From NCBI RefSeq assembly GCF_006345805.1, contig NC_043019.1, forward strand, positions 2,666,001-2,730,000: a DNA stretch of 64,000 nt, given 5' to 3'. The stretch's first letter is position 1, and every line of letters begins with the position of its first letter. Below are positions 24,117-36,095 of the stretch, piece by piece. The position numbers and the translations under genes are program-made. Under the pieces are notes generated by a model. The model did no database searches and was not told the origin of the DNA. It saw only the letters and a program-made list of their open reading frames with translations. Source of the DNA: Octopus sinensis (lineage: Eukaryota).

Positions 24117-24639
24117 ATAACTGTCCACATAATAAGTGGTAACCTTGTACTGAATAACAGCAACAACTATTAACGAGTCCATAAATTGATCCATAATAAA
24201 TCTATTTACACTAACATCAAACTGTGTAGCATTAGTCCTAGCCTTTATTACTTCAATTATTTATATTAGCCACTCACCACTCATCAAGCATAATTATTCA
24301 TATTATGTAGGCACCAAATCACAAAGCTCTAAATCTGACACAAAAATGACCAACTGATAGAAATCTTAACAACCATCGCAGTCTGAATCGATGCATTATT
24401 GTAGATTATCCAAGAGTTAGCGTACATGTGGTCTTACTGGTCTATTCCATTAGCATAGTTAAAGTCTTTCATTTTCTAAGTCAGCGAGAAACATGTATCA
24501 CTCACCAGAGTCTGCAATCTTATGGCGTTTTATATGATGAAGATATGAAGGTGTACAAAATTGCTGTTTCCGTATCATTAACTGGAATCATCTTTCTGGA
24601 TCTCTGCAACTAAAGAAACGGTTTTTTACATCTCAAATC

Positions 24640-26420
24640 CTTACTTTCACTCCAATGATCCTTACCTCCCCCTCGTCCATCCTTACATCTACATCTTCAT
24701 TCCTTACCGCCACTCCTTCAGCATTTACTTCCACTATTTTAAACTTTGCCTCCACTCTGTCTATACCTCTCGCCTCCACTCTCTCCATGCCTCTCGCCTC
24801 CACTCTCTCCATGCCTCTCGCCTCCACTCTCTCCATGCATCTCGCCTCCACTCTCTCCATGCATCTCGCCTCCACTCTCTCCATGCCTCTCGCCTCCACT
24901 CTCTCCATGCCTCTCGCCTCCACTCTCTCCATGCCTCTCGCCTCCACTCTCTCCATGCATCTCGCCTCCACTCTCTCCATGCATCTCGCCTCCACTCTCT
25001 CCATGCATCTCGCCTCCACTCTCTCCATGCCTCTCGCCTCCACTCTCTCCATGCCTCTCGCCTCCACTCTCTCCATGCCTCTCGCCTCCACTCTCTCCAT
25101 GCCTCTCGCCTCACTCTCTCCATGCCTCTCGCTCCACTCTCTCCATGCCTCTCGCCTCCACTCTCTCCATGCCTCTCGCCTCCACTCTCTCCATGCCTCT
25201 CGCCTCCACTCTCTCCATGCCTCTCGCCTCCACTCTCTCCATGCCTCTCGCCTCCACTCTCTCCATGCCTCTCGCCTCCACTCTCTCCATGCCTCTCGCC
25301 TCCACTCTCTCCATGCCTCTCGCCTCCACTCTCTCCATGCCTCTCGCCTCCACTCTCTCCATGCCTCTCGCCTCCACTTCTCCATGCCTCTCGCCTCCAT
25401 TCTCTCCATGCCTCTCGCCTCCACTCTCCATGCCTCTCGCCTCCACTCTCTCCATGCCTCTCGCCTCCACTCTCTCCATGCCTCTCGCCTCCACTCTCTC
25501 CATGCCTCTCGCCTCCACTCTCTCCATGCCTCTCGCCTCCACTCTCTCCATGCCTCTCGCCTCCACTCTCTCCATGCCTCTCGCCTCCACTCTCTCCATG
25601 CCTCTCGCCTCCACTCTCTCCATGCCTCTCGCCTCCACTTTCTCCATGCCTCTCGCCTCCATTCTCTCCATGCCTCTCGCCTCCACTCTCCATGCCTCTC
25701 GCCTCCACTCTCTCCATGCCTCTCTCGCCTCCACTCTCTCCATGCCTCTCGCCTCCACTCTCTCCATGCCTCTTGCCTCCACTCTCTCCATGCCTCTCGC
25801 TTCCACTCTCTCCATGCCTCTCGCCTCAACTCTCTCCATGCCTCTCGCCTCCACTCTCTCCATGCCTCTCGCCTCCACTCTCTCCATGCCTCTCGCCTCC
25901 ACTCTCTCCATGCCTCTCGCCTCCACTCTCTCCATGCCTCTCGCCTCCACTCTCTCCATGCCTCTCGCCTCCACTCTCTCCATGCCTCTCGCCTCCACTC
26001 TCCTCATTCTTCTTGCCTCCACTCCTCATTTTTATCACCTCCTTTTCTCATACCCCTCGCCTCCATTCTCCTCATACCCCTCACCTCCACTCTCCTCATA
26101 CCCCTCACCTCCACTCTCCTCATACCCCTCACCTCCACTCTCCTCATACCCCTCACCTCCACTCTCCTCATACCCCTCGCCGCCACTCTCCTCATACCCC
26201 TCGCCTCCACTCTCATCACATCCCTCACCTCCACTCTCCTCATTCTTCTCGCCTCCACTCCTCATTTTTATCACCTCCTTTCCTCATACCCCTCGCTGCC
26301 ACTCTCCTCACACCCCTCACCTCCACTCTCCTCATTCCCCTTGTCTCCTCTCTCCTCATACCCATCATCTCCACTCTCCTCATACCTCCGCTCTCTTCCT
26401 CCATTGCCTCCACTTTAAAC
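24640..26420. repeat. 24-bp pyrimidine-rich minisatellite (CTCGCCTCCACTCTCTCCATGCCT)n with degenerate flanks
   Basis: About 50 near-identical units ~24770-26000; variant unit CTCACCTCCACTCTCCTCATACCC ~26000-26400; 21-bp degenerate units at 24640-24745. Confidence 0.97.
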
Positions 26421-26901
26421 ATGCCCTTCACTACCTTCAGATCAAATCTATGATTTCATTCTTCTGTTGTTGGCCAAGACTCGAATCATATAGGTCACTG
26501 GTGCTTTTGTTTATATTCCATTACAAATACATTAATAAATTATAAGATGCAGATGGAGATATTGCAATGCATTGTGGGAATTACTATCTAATGGCTGGTA
26601 GTTCTGCTAATATCACTAGTAAATACTTTAGTGAGATATCAATGATCTGAATTATCTCTTTTCTCATAATAGCTAGCAGTTTTAGTTCTAGCAACACTGC
26701 CATTATACTCTACAATAGTGCAATATAACTCTCTTTGTTGCTTATTAGGAATTCAACCTAATTGGTTTTATCTTGAAGTTATTATTTTATGGAAATTATT
26801 TCTCCTCTATCTGTTTATTGTTGTTGAAATGGCATTTCACTGCATCTTAATAGGAACGGTATTATTGTTGTTGTTAATATTACTTTCACTGCTGAGGGTT
26901 T

Positions 26902-27345
26902 GCGAGCTGGCAGAATCATTACCGTGCTGGGCAAAGTACTAAGCGGCATTTCGTTTGTTTTTACGTTCTGAGTTCAAATTCTGCCAAAGTCCACTTTTCC
27001 TTTTGTTCTTTCATGGTCAAGAAAATTAGCAGTTAAACACTAGGGTTTATCTAATAGACTTATCCCTCCTCCGAAATTGCTGGTTCTGTGCCAAAATTTG
27101 AAATCTCTATTTTAATGCTGTAAGGCGACAAAGCTGGCAGAATCATTAGCATGCTAGGCAAACTGCTTAGAGGCGTTTCACCAATTTTCATGTTCTGAGT
27201 TCAAATTCCAGTGAGGCTGATTATGCCTTTCATCCTTTCAGGGTCAATAAGATTAGTACCAGTTGAACACTGAGGTTGATGTAATCAGTTTATACCCTCC
27301 TTTATCTTGAAAATTGCTGGTGTTGTACCAAAATCTGAAACCAAT
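26902..27345 (+). mobile_element. Two adjacent copies of tRNA-derived SINE family B
   Basis: GAGCTGGCAGAATC head, GAGTTCAAATTC B box, CTTTCATCCTTTC-GGGGTC core. Confidence 0.8.
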
Positions 27346-27574
27346 ATTAGTTCATTGCTGGAACATTTTTTGGCATTTCCTATTAAAATCTGTGATATTT
27401 GCTGTTGTTAAAGTTGAGTATTTATGGTTTGATATTGCATAAATGGTATATGGTTGTTAGCTGATGTGATTTCAAATAATGTGGTAGTTTTATACATTAC
27501 AATCAGGTAAGGTGTAAAGAAGCAAAATCAAAATAAATCAGAGGTGGACTCTGAAGTAGCGTTATTCTGCTGGG

Positions 27575-27890
27575 TGCACAGCTCAGAGATCAGGGGTTCT
27601 CTTCAACTTGAGCCACTACTTCTCTGCATTGACAGGTAACAGCTCTGGTACTATGGACATGTGATTAGAATGTTGCGGGAAAGAATTGTAAGACAGATTC
27701 TTCAAGCCAAAGGAACAGGTAGGAGGCCTAGCAATAGAGCAAGAAAAGCAGGTTTTGGGACTACTCCTCGTTTCAATAGCTCATACTTAGGAATCCAGCA
27801 GGAAAGGACAACAATGGGTGTTTCGTACAGGTCCCTATGGAAGAGGTGCCCGAGGACTCTACTCCCATTCCTTCCAGGCATAGTGAACAG
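27575..27890 (+). mobile_element. RTE-clade LINE 3' fragment
   Basis: Translates as SSEIRGSLQLEPLLLCIDR*QLWYYGHVIRMLRERIVRQILQAKGTGRRP, matching the RTE C-terminal ..QLRWFGHV.RM..GRRPRGRP motif. Confidence 0.8.
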
Positions 27891-28966
27891 AAAAGGTGAA
27901 GTGATGGAAATTTCATCTGTCATCAGGAGAAGGATTTCCTGGTATTTCAGACCAAATCCTGCTTTGGAGAAATTGGAAAGTCTTTAACTTTAATAGTCAA
28001 ATGATTAAAAAAATACTGTTCTCTTTCTTTAACAAAATGTTCAATTTGAAGCCTCAAGGAATCTTCCCCAACATCATATGAACCTTAAAGAAAATAATGT
28101 TATGCATTAAAAGTAGCTTAATGTGATTTGTCATGAAGGTAATAAATAAATATTCTACATGTTTGCAATATTTAAACAACTGTTCCTGGATCAATTTAGT
28201 TGTACAATATATTTTCTGTGCTGAATGAAGATATATCTGATATCATTGTGCACGGCTGAATTAAAGTGTGGATTAAATATTAGTTCTAATGATTATTAAT
28301 GATTTAATGTATAGGAAAATAGTGCTTTTTTTCTGAAGGAATATATCATGCTTACATTATGAATGTCCATTTAACAAGGATATTTGCATGATTTGTTTCA
28401 TCTTTGAGAGTCCAATGCAGGGATTGAGCAAGTGTTTGACTTTTATAAATTATTGTATGGTTTCCATAGTGATGAAGAATGCTTCCCCTTGTAGTGCACT
28501 CCTCTTTGACTGGTCATTGTTGGGTGAGGCCAATTGAATCATTCAGCTATGAACTCCTTATTAGAAGTTGTCTTTTATATTGCATACACAATTTAGCTTT
28601 ATAATTAGTTGAAGTTTCCACTATAATGGTTACTGGAAAAGGTGTATTTATCTCAGAGGTGTACTTGACGTGCAAGTGACTTGACTTGTAACTGTGTTGA
28701 AACTAAAAGGATAGCAGTATAGAACATACATGTTAGCCATTCAAAAACACAAAGACTGTTAACATTAATTAACCATTATTAATTAGGCGTCAAAGTTTTC
28801 ATTGCATCAACTGCAACCTGGTCACAGACATGCGGTGTCATTTTGATGTCATGTAACAAATAGTAAATGATTATATGAAGTTAACAGTTTTTGAATGGCT
28901 AATACATGTTTGAGCTGAAATACTTAAATACATCAATTGCAACAAGGAAGACAAGATTAGATCATA

Positions 28967-29290
28967 CTAGTGCTAGTGCATGCATATACAGCTGCGTGTG
29001 TGCGCACATACACGCGAGTACTGTCCAAATCTCCAACCAATCACATACAGCTAGCTGGCATTCAATTGGCGTATCAAGTTTCGGGCATTTGGATAGAAAA
29101 TTCACAAAAAGTCACTTCTATTAATTTTTTAATGGCTTTGCAGGGTGACTGGGGAAATGTAAAGATGTGCATGACCACCCTTGGATGATTATGAATGACC
29201 ATAGAAAGTGCGAGCCCTCTAACTGAAAAATTGTGGATTTGTATAAAGGACACACTTGCAGACATTTTGCCGTTTATATATATATAGAGA
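28967..29290 (-). mobile_element. Non-autonomous Helitron-like element, copy 1
   Basis: On the minus strand: A|TC start, CTAG|T end, GC-rich hairpin (tgtgcgcaca core) ~20 nt before the end; homologous to 51179-51507. Confidence 0.65.
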
Positions 29291-29676
29291 TGACTGGCTC
29301 CCTACTAGTTTATTACAGTGGCCTATGCTTCTAAGATATGGTTGGGCTTGTACTACCTCCTCTCATATGCTCCCAAGTCAGTTATGTTTCCTCTTCTACT
29401 CATTCATTGTTACTCTCTGTTAGGTCTTTTATGAAAGAAATACTCTTCATGATGCTTCTTTCCCACTGGAATTCCAGTTTTACGCATGATTTCCTTGAAT
29501 CTGTCCACTTCTGAAACATTAACCACATCGATTTCATTTGTCTTCTTGGACCTGCAAAGGCCATGACAAAGCTGTTTCTTTCAGACAAAATTAAGAGAAA
29601 CTAAAATACCATCTCCATACCATACCTAATTCTTCATAATTTTGACTGACACTGTTAGTTTTTAATTTCATAGATA

Positions 29677-30082
29677 GGCGTAGGAGTGGCTGTGTAGTAA
29701 GTAGCTTGCTTATGAACCACATGGTTCCGGGTTCAGTCCCACTGCGTGGCACCTTGGGTAAGTGTCTTCTACTATAGCCTCGGGCCGACCAAAGCCTTGG
29801 GAGTGGATTTGGTATACGGAAACAGAAAGAAGCCCGTCGTATATATGTATATATATATATATGTGCGTGTTTGTGTGTCTGTGTTTGTCCCTCCAGCATC
29901 ACTTGACAACCGATGCTGGTGCGTTTACGTCCCCGTAACTTAGCGGTTTGGCAAAAAGAGACCGATAAAATAAGTACTAGGCTTACAAAGAATAAGTCCT
30001 GGGGGTCGATTTGATCGACTAAAGGTGGTGCTCCAGCATGGCCAGTGTCACATGACTGAAACAAGTAAAAGAGTAAAAGAAT
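29677..30082 (+). mobile_element. SINE family A, near full length
   Basis: GGCGTAGGAGTGGCTGTGTAGTAAG head (A box), GGTTCAGTCCC B box, core and tail. Confidence 0.9.
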
Positions 30083-30713
30083 AAACAGAATGAAAGCCAC
30101 TGTGATGTAGTACTGGAACTACTAATATGCAATATCAGCAAAAATGTTTCAGTACGTTTATATATGTGAAGAATGTAATTTATATGAAGAGAGATAATAG
30201 TCAATAAACACCACCCACATTCAAAAAGAAAATGTGGGGAAATATTATATATTTTAAGTAACGTAAGATATGCTATCTGGTAGATATTGTAAAATTAACT
30301 TATTTGATGAAACATTTTTATTTGAAATTTCAACTAATTACAGAGATAAGTTGTGGCTGCAATAAAAAGTAGCAAGATAGCATTTTGTTTTGTTTAGTTT
30401 AGAGTCTTTCGCAAAATTGGTTTTTGTATAGTGCAAGGAATAAGGGTGAATGATATTAATGTTTAATATATTGATTTATGGGGTGTTGCTAGTGGCTCTG
30501 AGAGAATGGAAGGAAAAACTGAAGAATTTAAACTGATTTGTTCAAATTACTATAAGCCCGATAAAATATGTACATATAATAAGCTGAGTAGATAATATGG
30601 AGTGTCCTTAGTTTTTTAGTCTTTAACCTAAATAAATCAGTACAGTACTGCTGTTTGACTTGATAAGTTTCCAAGTAATGTATTGTCAGGCAAATATATT
30701 ATTCCATCACTAG

Positions 30714-33048
30714 TGGAGGATTATCTAAGACTGGAAAGTTTTAGCAAGGAAAAAAAAATAGAAGTCACATAAATAATAGTGGAAAAAAGATTCTTCTTCC
30801 GATGTATTTTTAAACTATTTAAGGAAAAATAAATTTTTGTGTTTCGTTTAGGATAACTAAGATATGAAACAAAAGTGACTTCGTTTTGGTTCTTCAGGAA
30901 TAGGCACAAGTGTGGCTGTGTGGTAAGAAATGTTAGCACGCCAGGCGAAATGCGTAGCTGTATTTTGTCTGCCGTTACGTTCTGAGTTCAAATTCCGCCG
31001 AGGTTGACTTTGTCTTTCATCCTTTCGGGGTCAATTAAATAAGTACCAGTTGCGCACTGGGGTCGATATAATCGACTTAATCCGTCTGCCTGTCCTTGTT
31101 TGTCTCCTCTGTATTTAGCCCCTTGTGGGTAGTAAAGAAATAGGTAAGAAGTTTGCTTCCCAACCGCGTAGTTCCTAGTTCAATCCCACTGTGTAGCGCC
31201 TTAGACAAGTGTGTTCTACTATAGCCCCAGGCCAACCAAAGCCTTGTGAGGGGTTTTGGTAGATGGAAACTGAAAGAAGTCCATTTTGTGTGTGTTTGTG
31301 CCTGTGTTTGTCTTCTACCCCTACTTGTCGACCGGTGTCAGTGAATTTATATCCCCATACCCTAGCAGTTTGGCAAAAGAGATCGATAGAATAAGTACCA
31401 GGCTTTAAAAAAGAAATAAGTACTGGAATCGATTCATTCAACTAAAAATTCTTCAAGGTTGTACTCCAGCATGGCCACAGTGTAATGACTGAAGCAAGTA
31501 AAGGATAAAAGATAACAAAAAAAAAAATAGTCCAACAGGATAGTGATGGTTTAACAGATTAATAGGTTCAGACCAGGTGAGGCAGTTAGAACGTTCCTTC
31601 ACTATCAGGATCAATATTCATGACAGATTTTCTTCTATATTAACTCCAGGTTAAGCTATGACTCGGTACCATATAAGTGGAATATTTTACAAGGAAACTA
31701 AGGAGTCAGTCAGCTGTATATACATGTGTGCATGTGTGTGTAAATATGATTGTATGGTTATGTACATATGTATAAATATAGATACGTGTATACATGTGTG
31801 TGTGTGTGTGTTTGTGTGTCTGTTTGTCCCCTAGCATTGCTTGACAACCGATGCTGGTGTGTTTACGTCCCCTTCACTTAGCGGTTCGGCAAAAAGAGAC
31901 CGATAGAATAAGTACTTAAAAGGTGGTACACCAGCATGGCCGCATTCAAATGACTGAAACAAGTAAAAGAGTAGAGTGGAGGATTATCTAAGACTGGAAA
32001 GTTTTAGCAAGGAAAAAAAAAATAGAAGTCACTTAAATAATAGTGGAGAAAAGATTCTTCTTCTGATGTATCTTTAAACTATTTAAGGAAAAATAAATTT
32101 TTGTGTTTCGTTTAGGATAACTAAGATATGAAACAAAAGTGACTTCGTTTTGATTCTTCAGGAATAGGCACAAGTGTGGCTGTGTGGTTAGAAATGTTAG
32201 CATGCCAGGCGAAATGCGTAGCCGTATTTTGTCTGCCGTTACGTTCCGAGTTCAAATTCCGCCGAGGTGGACTTTGTCTTTCATCCTTTCGGGGTCAATT
32301 AGATAAGTACCAGTTGCGTACTGGGCTCGATATAATCGACTTAATCCGTCTGTCTGTCCTTGTTTGTCTCCTCTGTATTTAGCCCCTTGTGGGTAGTAAC
32401 GAAATAAGAAGTTTGCTTCCCAACCGCGTAGTTCCTAGTTCAATCCCACTGTGTAGCACCTTAGACAAGTGTGTTCTACTATAGCCCCGGGCCCACCAAA
32501 GCCTTGTGAGGGGGTTTTGGTAGATGGAAGCTGAAAGAAGTCCATTATGTGTGTGTGTGTGTATGTCAACCGGTGTCAGTGAATTTATATCCCCATACCC
32601 TAGCAGTTTGGCAAAAGAGATCGATAGAATAAGTACCAGGCTTTAAAAAAGAAATAAGTGCTGGAATCGATTCATTCAACTAAAAATTCTTCAAGGTCGT
32701 ACTCCAGCATGGCCACAGTCTAATGACTGAAGCAAGTAAAGGATAAAAAATAACAAAAAAAAAATGTCTAACAGGATATTAATGGTTTAACAGATTAATA
32801 GGTTCAGACCAGGTGAGGCAGTTAGAATATTCCTTCACTATCAGGATCAATATTCATGACAGATTTTCTTCTATATTAACTCCAGGTTAAGCTATGACTC
32901 GGTACCATATAAGTGGAATATTTTACAAGGAAACTAAGGAGCCAGTCAGCTGTATATACATGTGTGCATATATGATTGTATGGTTGTATACGTGTGCATA
33001 TATGTATAAATATAGATATATGTATACATGTGTGTGTGTGTGTGTGTG

Positions 33049-33050
<2 letters not shown>
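30714..33050 (+). repeat. ~1.26-kb direct tandem duplication (30714-31974 / 31975-~33050)
   Basis: Both copies begin agtggaggattatctaagactggaaag and share unique AT-rich DNA plus a nested SINE B-in-A structure. Confidence 0.92.
30903..31513 (+). mobile_element. SINE A with 5'-truncated SINE B nested in its head (duplicated at 32167-32750)
   Basis: GGTAAGAA direct repeat at 30922-30929 and 31143-31150 flanks the B insert. Confidence 0.85.
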
Positions 33051-33100
<50 letters not shown>

Positions 33101-33765
33101 GAATTTTCCTTGTGTTGTATGTCTTGTACTCTGTTTTTTCATTGTTCGAAAAAAGTCTGTTTCCATGGTTTTGTTTTTATGTTTTCGTTTCTCATTGTGT
33201 TTGACGTTTTTTTGGTGTCCTGTACCCATATATGCATGTATATATACATATAGATGCAGATATGTACATATATGTATGTATATATGCATATGTTTTATTT
33301 ATTATTTTGTTATTATATATATATATATGTTGCTATACTCACACTTTTATATTTATGTATGTTTATATGTATATGTATGCATGAATCAAGGACACATGAA
33401 TATATCTACCTATCTATCTATCTATCTATCTATATAAATATGTGTGTATGGGTATGTACATATGCATGTATATGCAGCTGTTTAGTTTTGTCTCTTGATT
33501 TCTAACCAATGGAAAAGGAGAGCCAGTTTCTAACCTAGATCCAGGGCTTCTTCATTGGAGTTTCAACAACATAGACATGTTAGTTGTGCATGTTTGTGTG
33601 CATGTACAAGTATTTGGCATCAGTACATGTGCAGATATCTATGTTTTGTTCAGATATGTATGTGTACTTAAATATGTATGTATAGTTGCAATTTTAAACA
33701 TATCCTTATGAACTTATATGCTAAACTTATGACCAGTTTTACACGTATATATATACTATGTGTCT

Positions 33766-33796
<31 letters not shown>

Positions 33797-35559
33797 CTTC
33801 TAATATAAGGATTAAATTTTTCAATAAAAATTTTCAGTGGCCAGCATATTGTGTTTATAATATATATATATATGTATATATAATCTTATTTGATATTAGA
33901 TGATAAAACGAATGGTTTTATACCTGGTAGCTTACTGGTAAAGCACAGTCACTTTCACAGTCTTCGTTAAGTATCTAGTTAATGAGATATGCTAGATGTG
34001 CTGAAACAATTGTAGTGAATAAATAAATACCTCTCATATCTTCCATCTCTCATCAACCACACACATATATATATAGTAAGTATATATGTACATATAGTAA
34101 AAATTTCAATCAGAAGATGCATGAAAATGTTTTAAAACAGAAGCTGTTAATTGTAACATAGAAACTCAATATTGAAATGATGTCCATTATATAAGATGCC
34201 TTTTATTTTTTTTACTTACTAATCAATCGCTTCACTTGTAAAATATCCGTAGAGGTATACATTTAAAAGAAGTTATTCAAATTATCAGCATACAGATTTC
34301 AATAATGGATTAATTATATGTTCATATAATAAATATGCATCATGTGTGTGTGTGTGTGTGTGTGTGCGTTGGTTTAGTATTGTGATATTAATGACCTGGT
34401 GTGGGGCTCAATATATGTATGCTTCTGAACGAAGCATTTGTTGAGTACAGAGTGGTAGTAAGAAAAAGAACTGACAAAGAAATAAATGATTATCTTATGA
34501 CCTTACAGCTGTTTCCACGATAAGATGTAGTAGACTTATAGTTGAATGCCTGAGTGTGACACTTACAGTTTTATCAGAGCCTGAAACATTACAAGTCTTT
34601 TTCGTCAGAGTGAAATGAACAGACTGTACAATGCTTGTTAGGACAGTAAGGCGTTTTTCAGGCACTTCTTACAGTGAAACAGCTGTAAGCTAATGAAGTT
34701 CATAAGATAATTATTTATTTCTTTGTCATTTCTTTTGTTATATATATGTGTATGTATGTATGTATGTAAAGGGAAAGTTTATGAAAATAAACAAGACGAA
34801 GACAGGTGGTGTACAAAACAAACAGATGTATTAGTATAACGCTCAGGAATAGGAAAAGTCTTTTACATTTCGAGCCTACGTTCTTCTACAGAAAGGGACA
34901 CAGAAAAAAACAAGGAGAGAAAAAAATGTGTGTAGTGGCTAATGATCTATCATGGCATCTGACTCAGACAAATGTATGTATGTATGTGCGTGTGTATGTG
35001 TGCGTGTATGTATGCTTGCATGCAAGTATAAGTATACATGTGTATGTGTGTTGCTGACATCATAAGAATTTATAAACTTTGATAGAATATGAAATAATTC
35101 TAGTTTGAAATGATGGGTGTCATTGTAGCTACAATAGTGTTAAAATATTGGGTTAAAAGTCCCCTTTGATTGGAGAAAAGCCTTTGATTTTTTTTTTTAC
35201 CAATTTTTTTTTTTCTTTAACCCAGTACTTACATACTTATCTATAGCTTTATCTGCTTCGAGATCCACTCTTAAAATCTATTTTTCACATCCTTTGAAAT
35301 TTTTGTAAGAACTGATTGGAAAAAAGTTTAGGGAGCTTCTGCCATTTTTTGGCTACAAGAGTCTTTTTCTTCAGAATGAAATAAACAGATTGTACAATGC
35401 TTGTCTTTGAACCTCAATGTTGCATGGTAGTGAGACATAGGCCTTGAATGCATAGGTTTTGAGAAGACTGGAAACAAAATGAAGCTGGCATGCTCTGCTT
35501 AGATGTGCAATGCAAGTGTGCATGGCTGATAAGCTATAAATGTATTGAAAGAAAAAAAA

Positions 35560-35830
35560 AACCAAGTACAAGAAGAGTCAGGTGTAGTGTGCATGAAAGA
35601 AGACTGTGCTGGTATGGACATGTGATGCATGTGAATGAGGACAGGTGTATAAAGAAGTTCTGCTCACTTAATGTGGATGAAGCTTGCAAAAGAGAGAAAC
35701 TTAGGAAGACAAGGAGTGAAATGGTAAAGATTGATCTCGGAGCCTTGAACCTCATGGTGAACAAAGGACTGGGATATCTGCCAATATGATGTTCTTGAGA
35801 AGACATGCTCATCAGAGAAATTGAGATTCT
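35560..35830 (+). mobile_element. RTE-clade LINE 3' fragment
   Basis: RCSVHERRLCWYGHVMHVNEDRCIKKFCSLNVDEACKREKLRKT resembles the RTE C-terminus. Confidence 0.8.
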
Positions 35831-35838
35831 GGAAACAG

Positions 35839-35877
<39 letters not shown>

Positions 35878-36035
35878 CAATGAGAATCAGTGCTCAATGC
35901 CGCATTGGTGGATAGAATTTCTTTATTTGTGTATTAAGGCTACTATTGGTTTCATATTAAGAAAAATGCCTTAATACTTTAACAATTTTTCAAGCCAATA
36001 ACATGGAGGAATGGTGTTTATCTCCATTTTGAAGA

Positions 36036-36037
<2 letters not shown>

Positions 36038-36092
<55 letters not shown>
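36038..36092. repeat. (TA)n microsatellite (similar tracts at ~33053-33097, 46635-46667, 48581-48628, 53177-53224)
   Basis: Directly visible. Confidence 0.95.

Positions 36093-36095
<3 letters not shown>

Noticed and set aside
24633-26545. Long Met/Arg-rich or Ser/Thr/Pro-rich ORFs (reflectin- or mucin-like)
   Set aside because: They arise from a stop-free 24-bp unit open in all frames; there is no reflectin Tyr/Met motif, and duplicated frameshifting blocks break the frame.
27631-27641. gacAG|GTAACA juxtaposed splice motif
   Set aside because: It lies inside an RTE LINE fragment and has a weak pyrimidine tract.
27905-27926. Minus-strand CTGATGA...GAAA hammerhead-like match
   Set aside because: Helix I and helix II do not pair.
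29677-29750. tRNA gene-like A/B boxes
   Set aside because: These are SINE heads continuing into core and tail; there is no cloverleaf end or independent tRNA gene.
32876-33505. ORFs rich in YI/CV/TH repeats (also ~48.5 kb and ~62.2-62.8 kb)
   Set aside because: Translations of (TA)n/(TG)n microsatellites.
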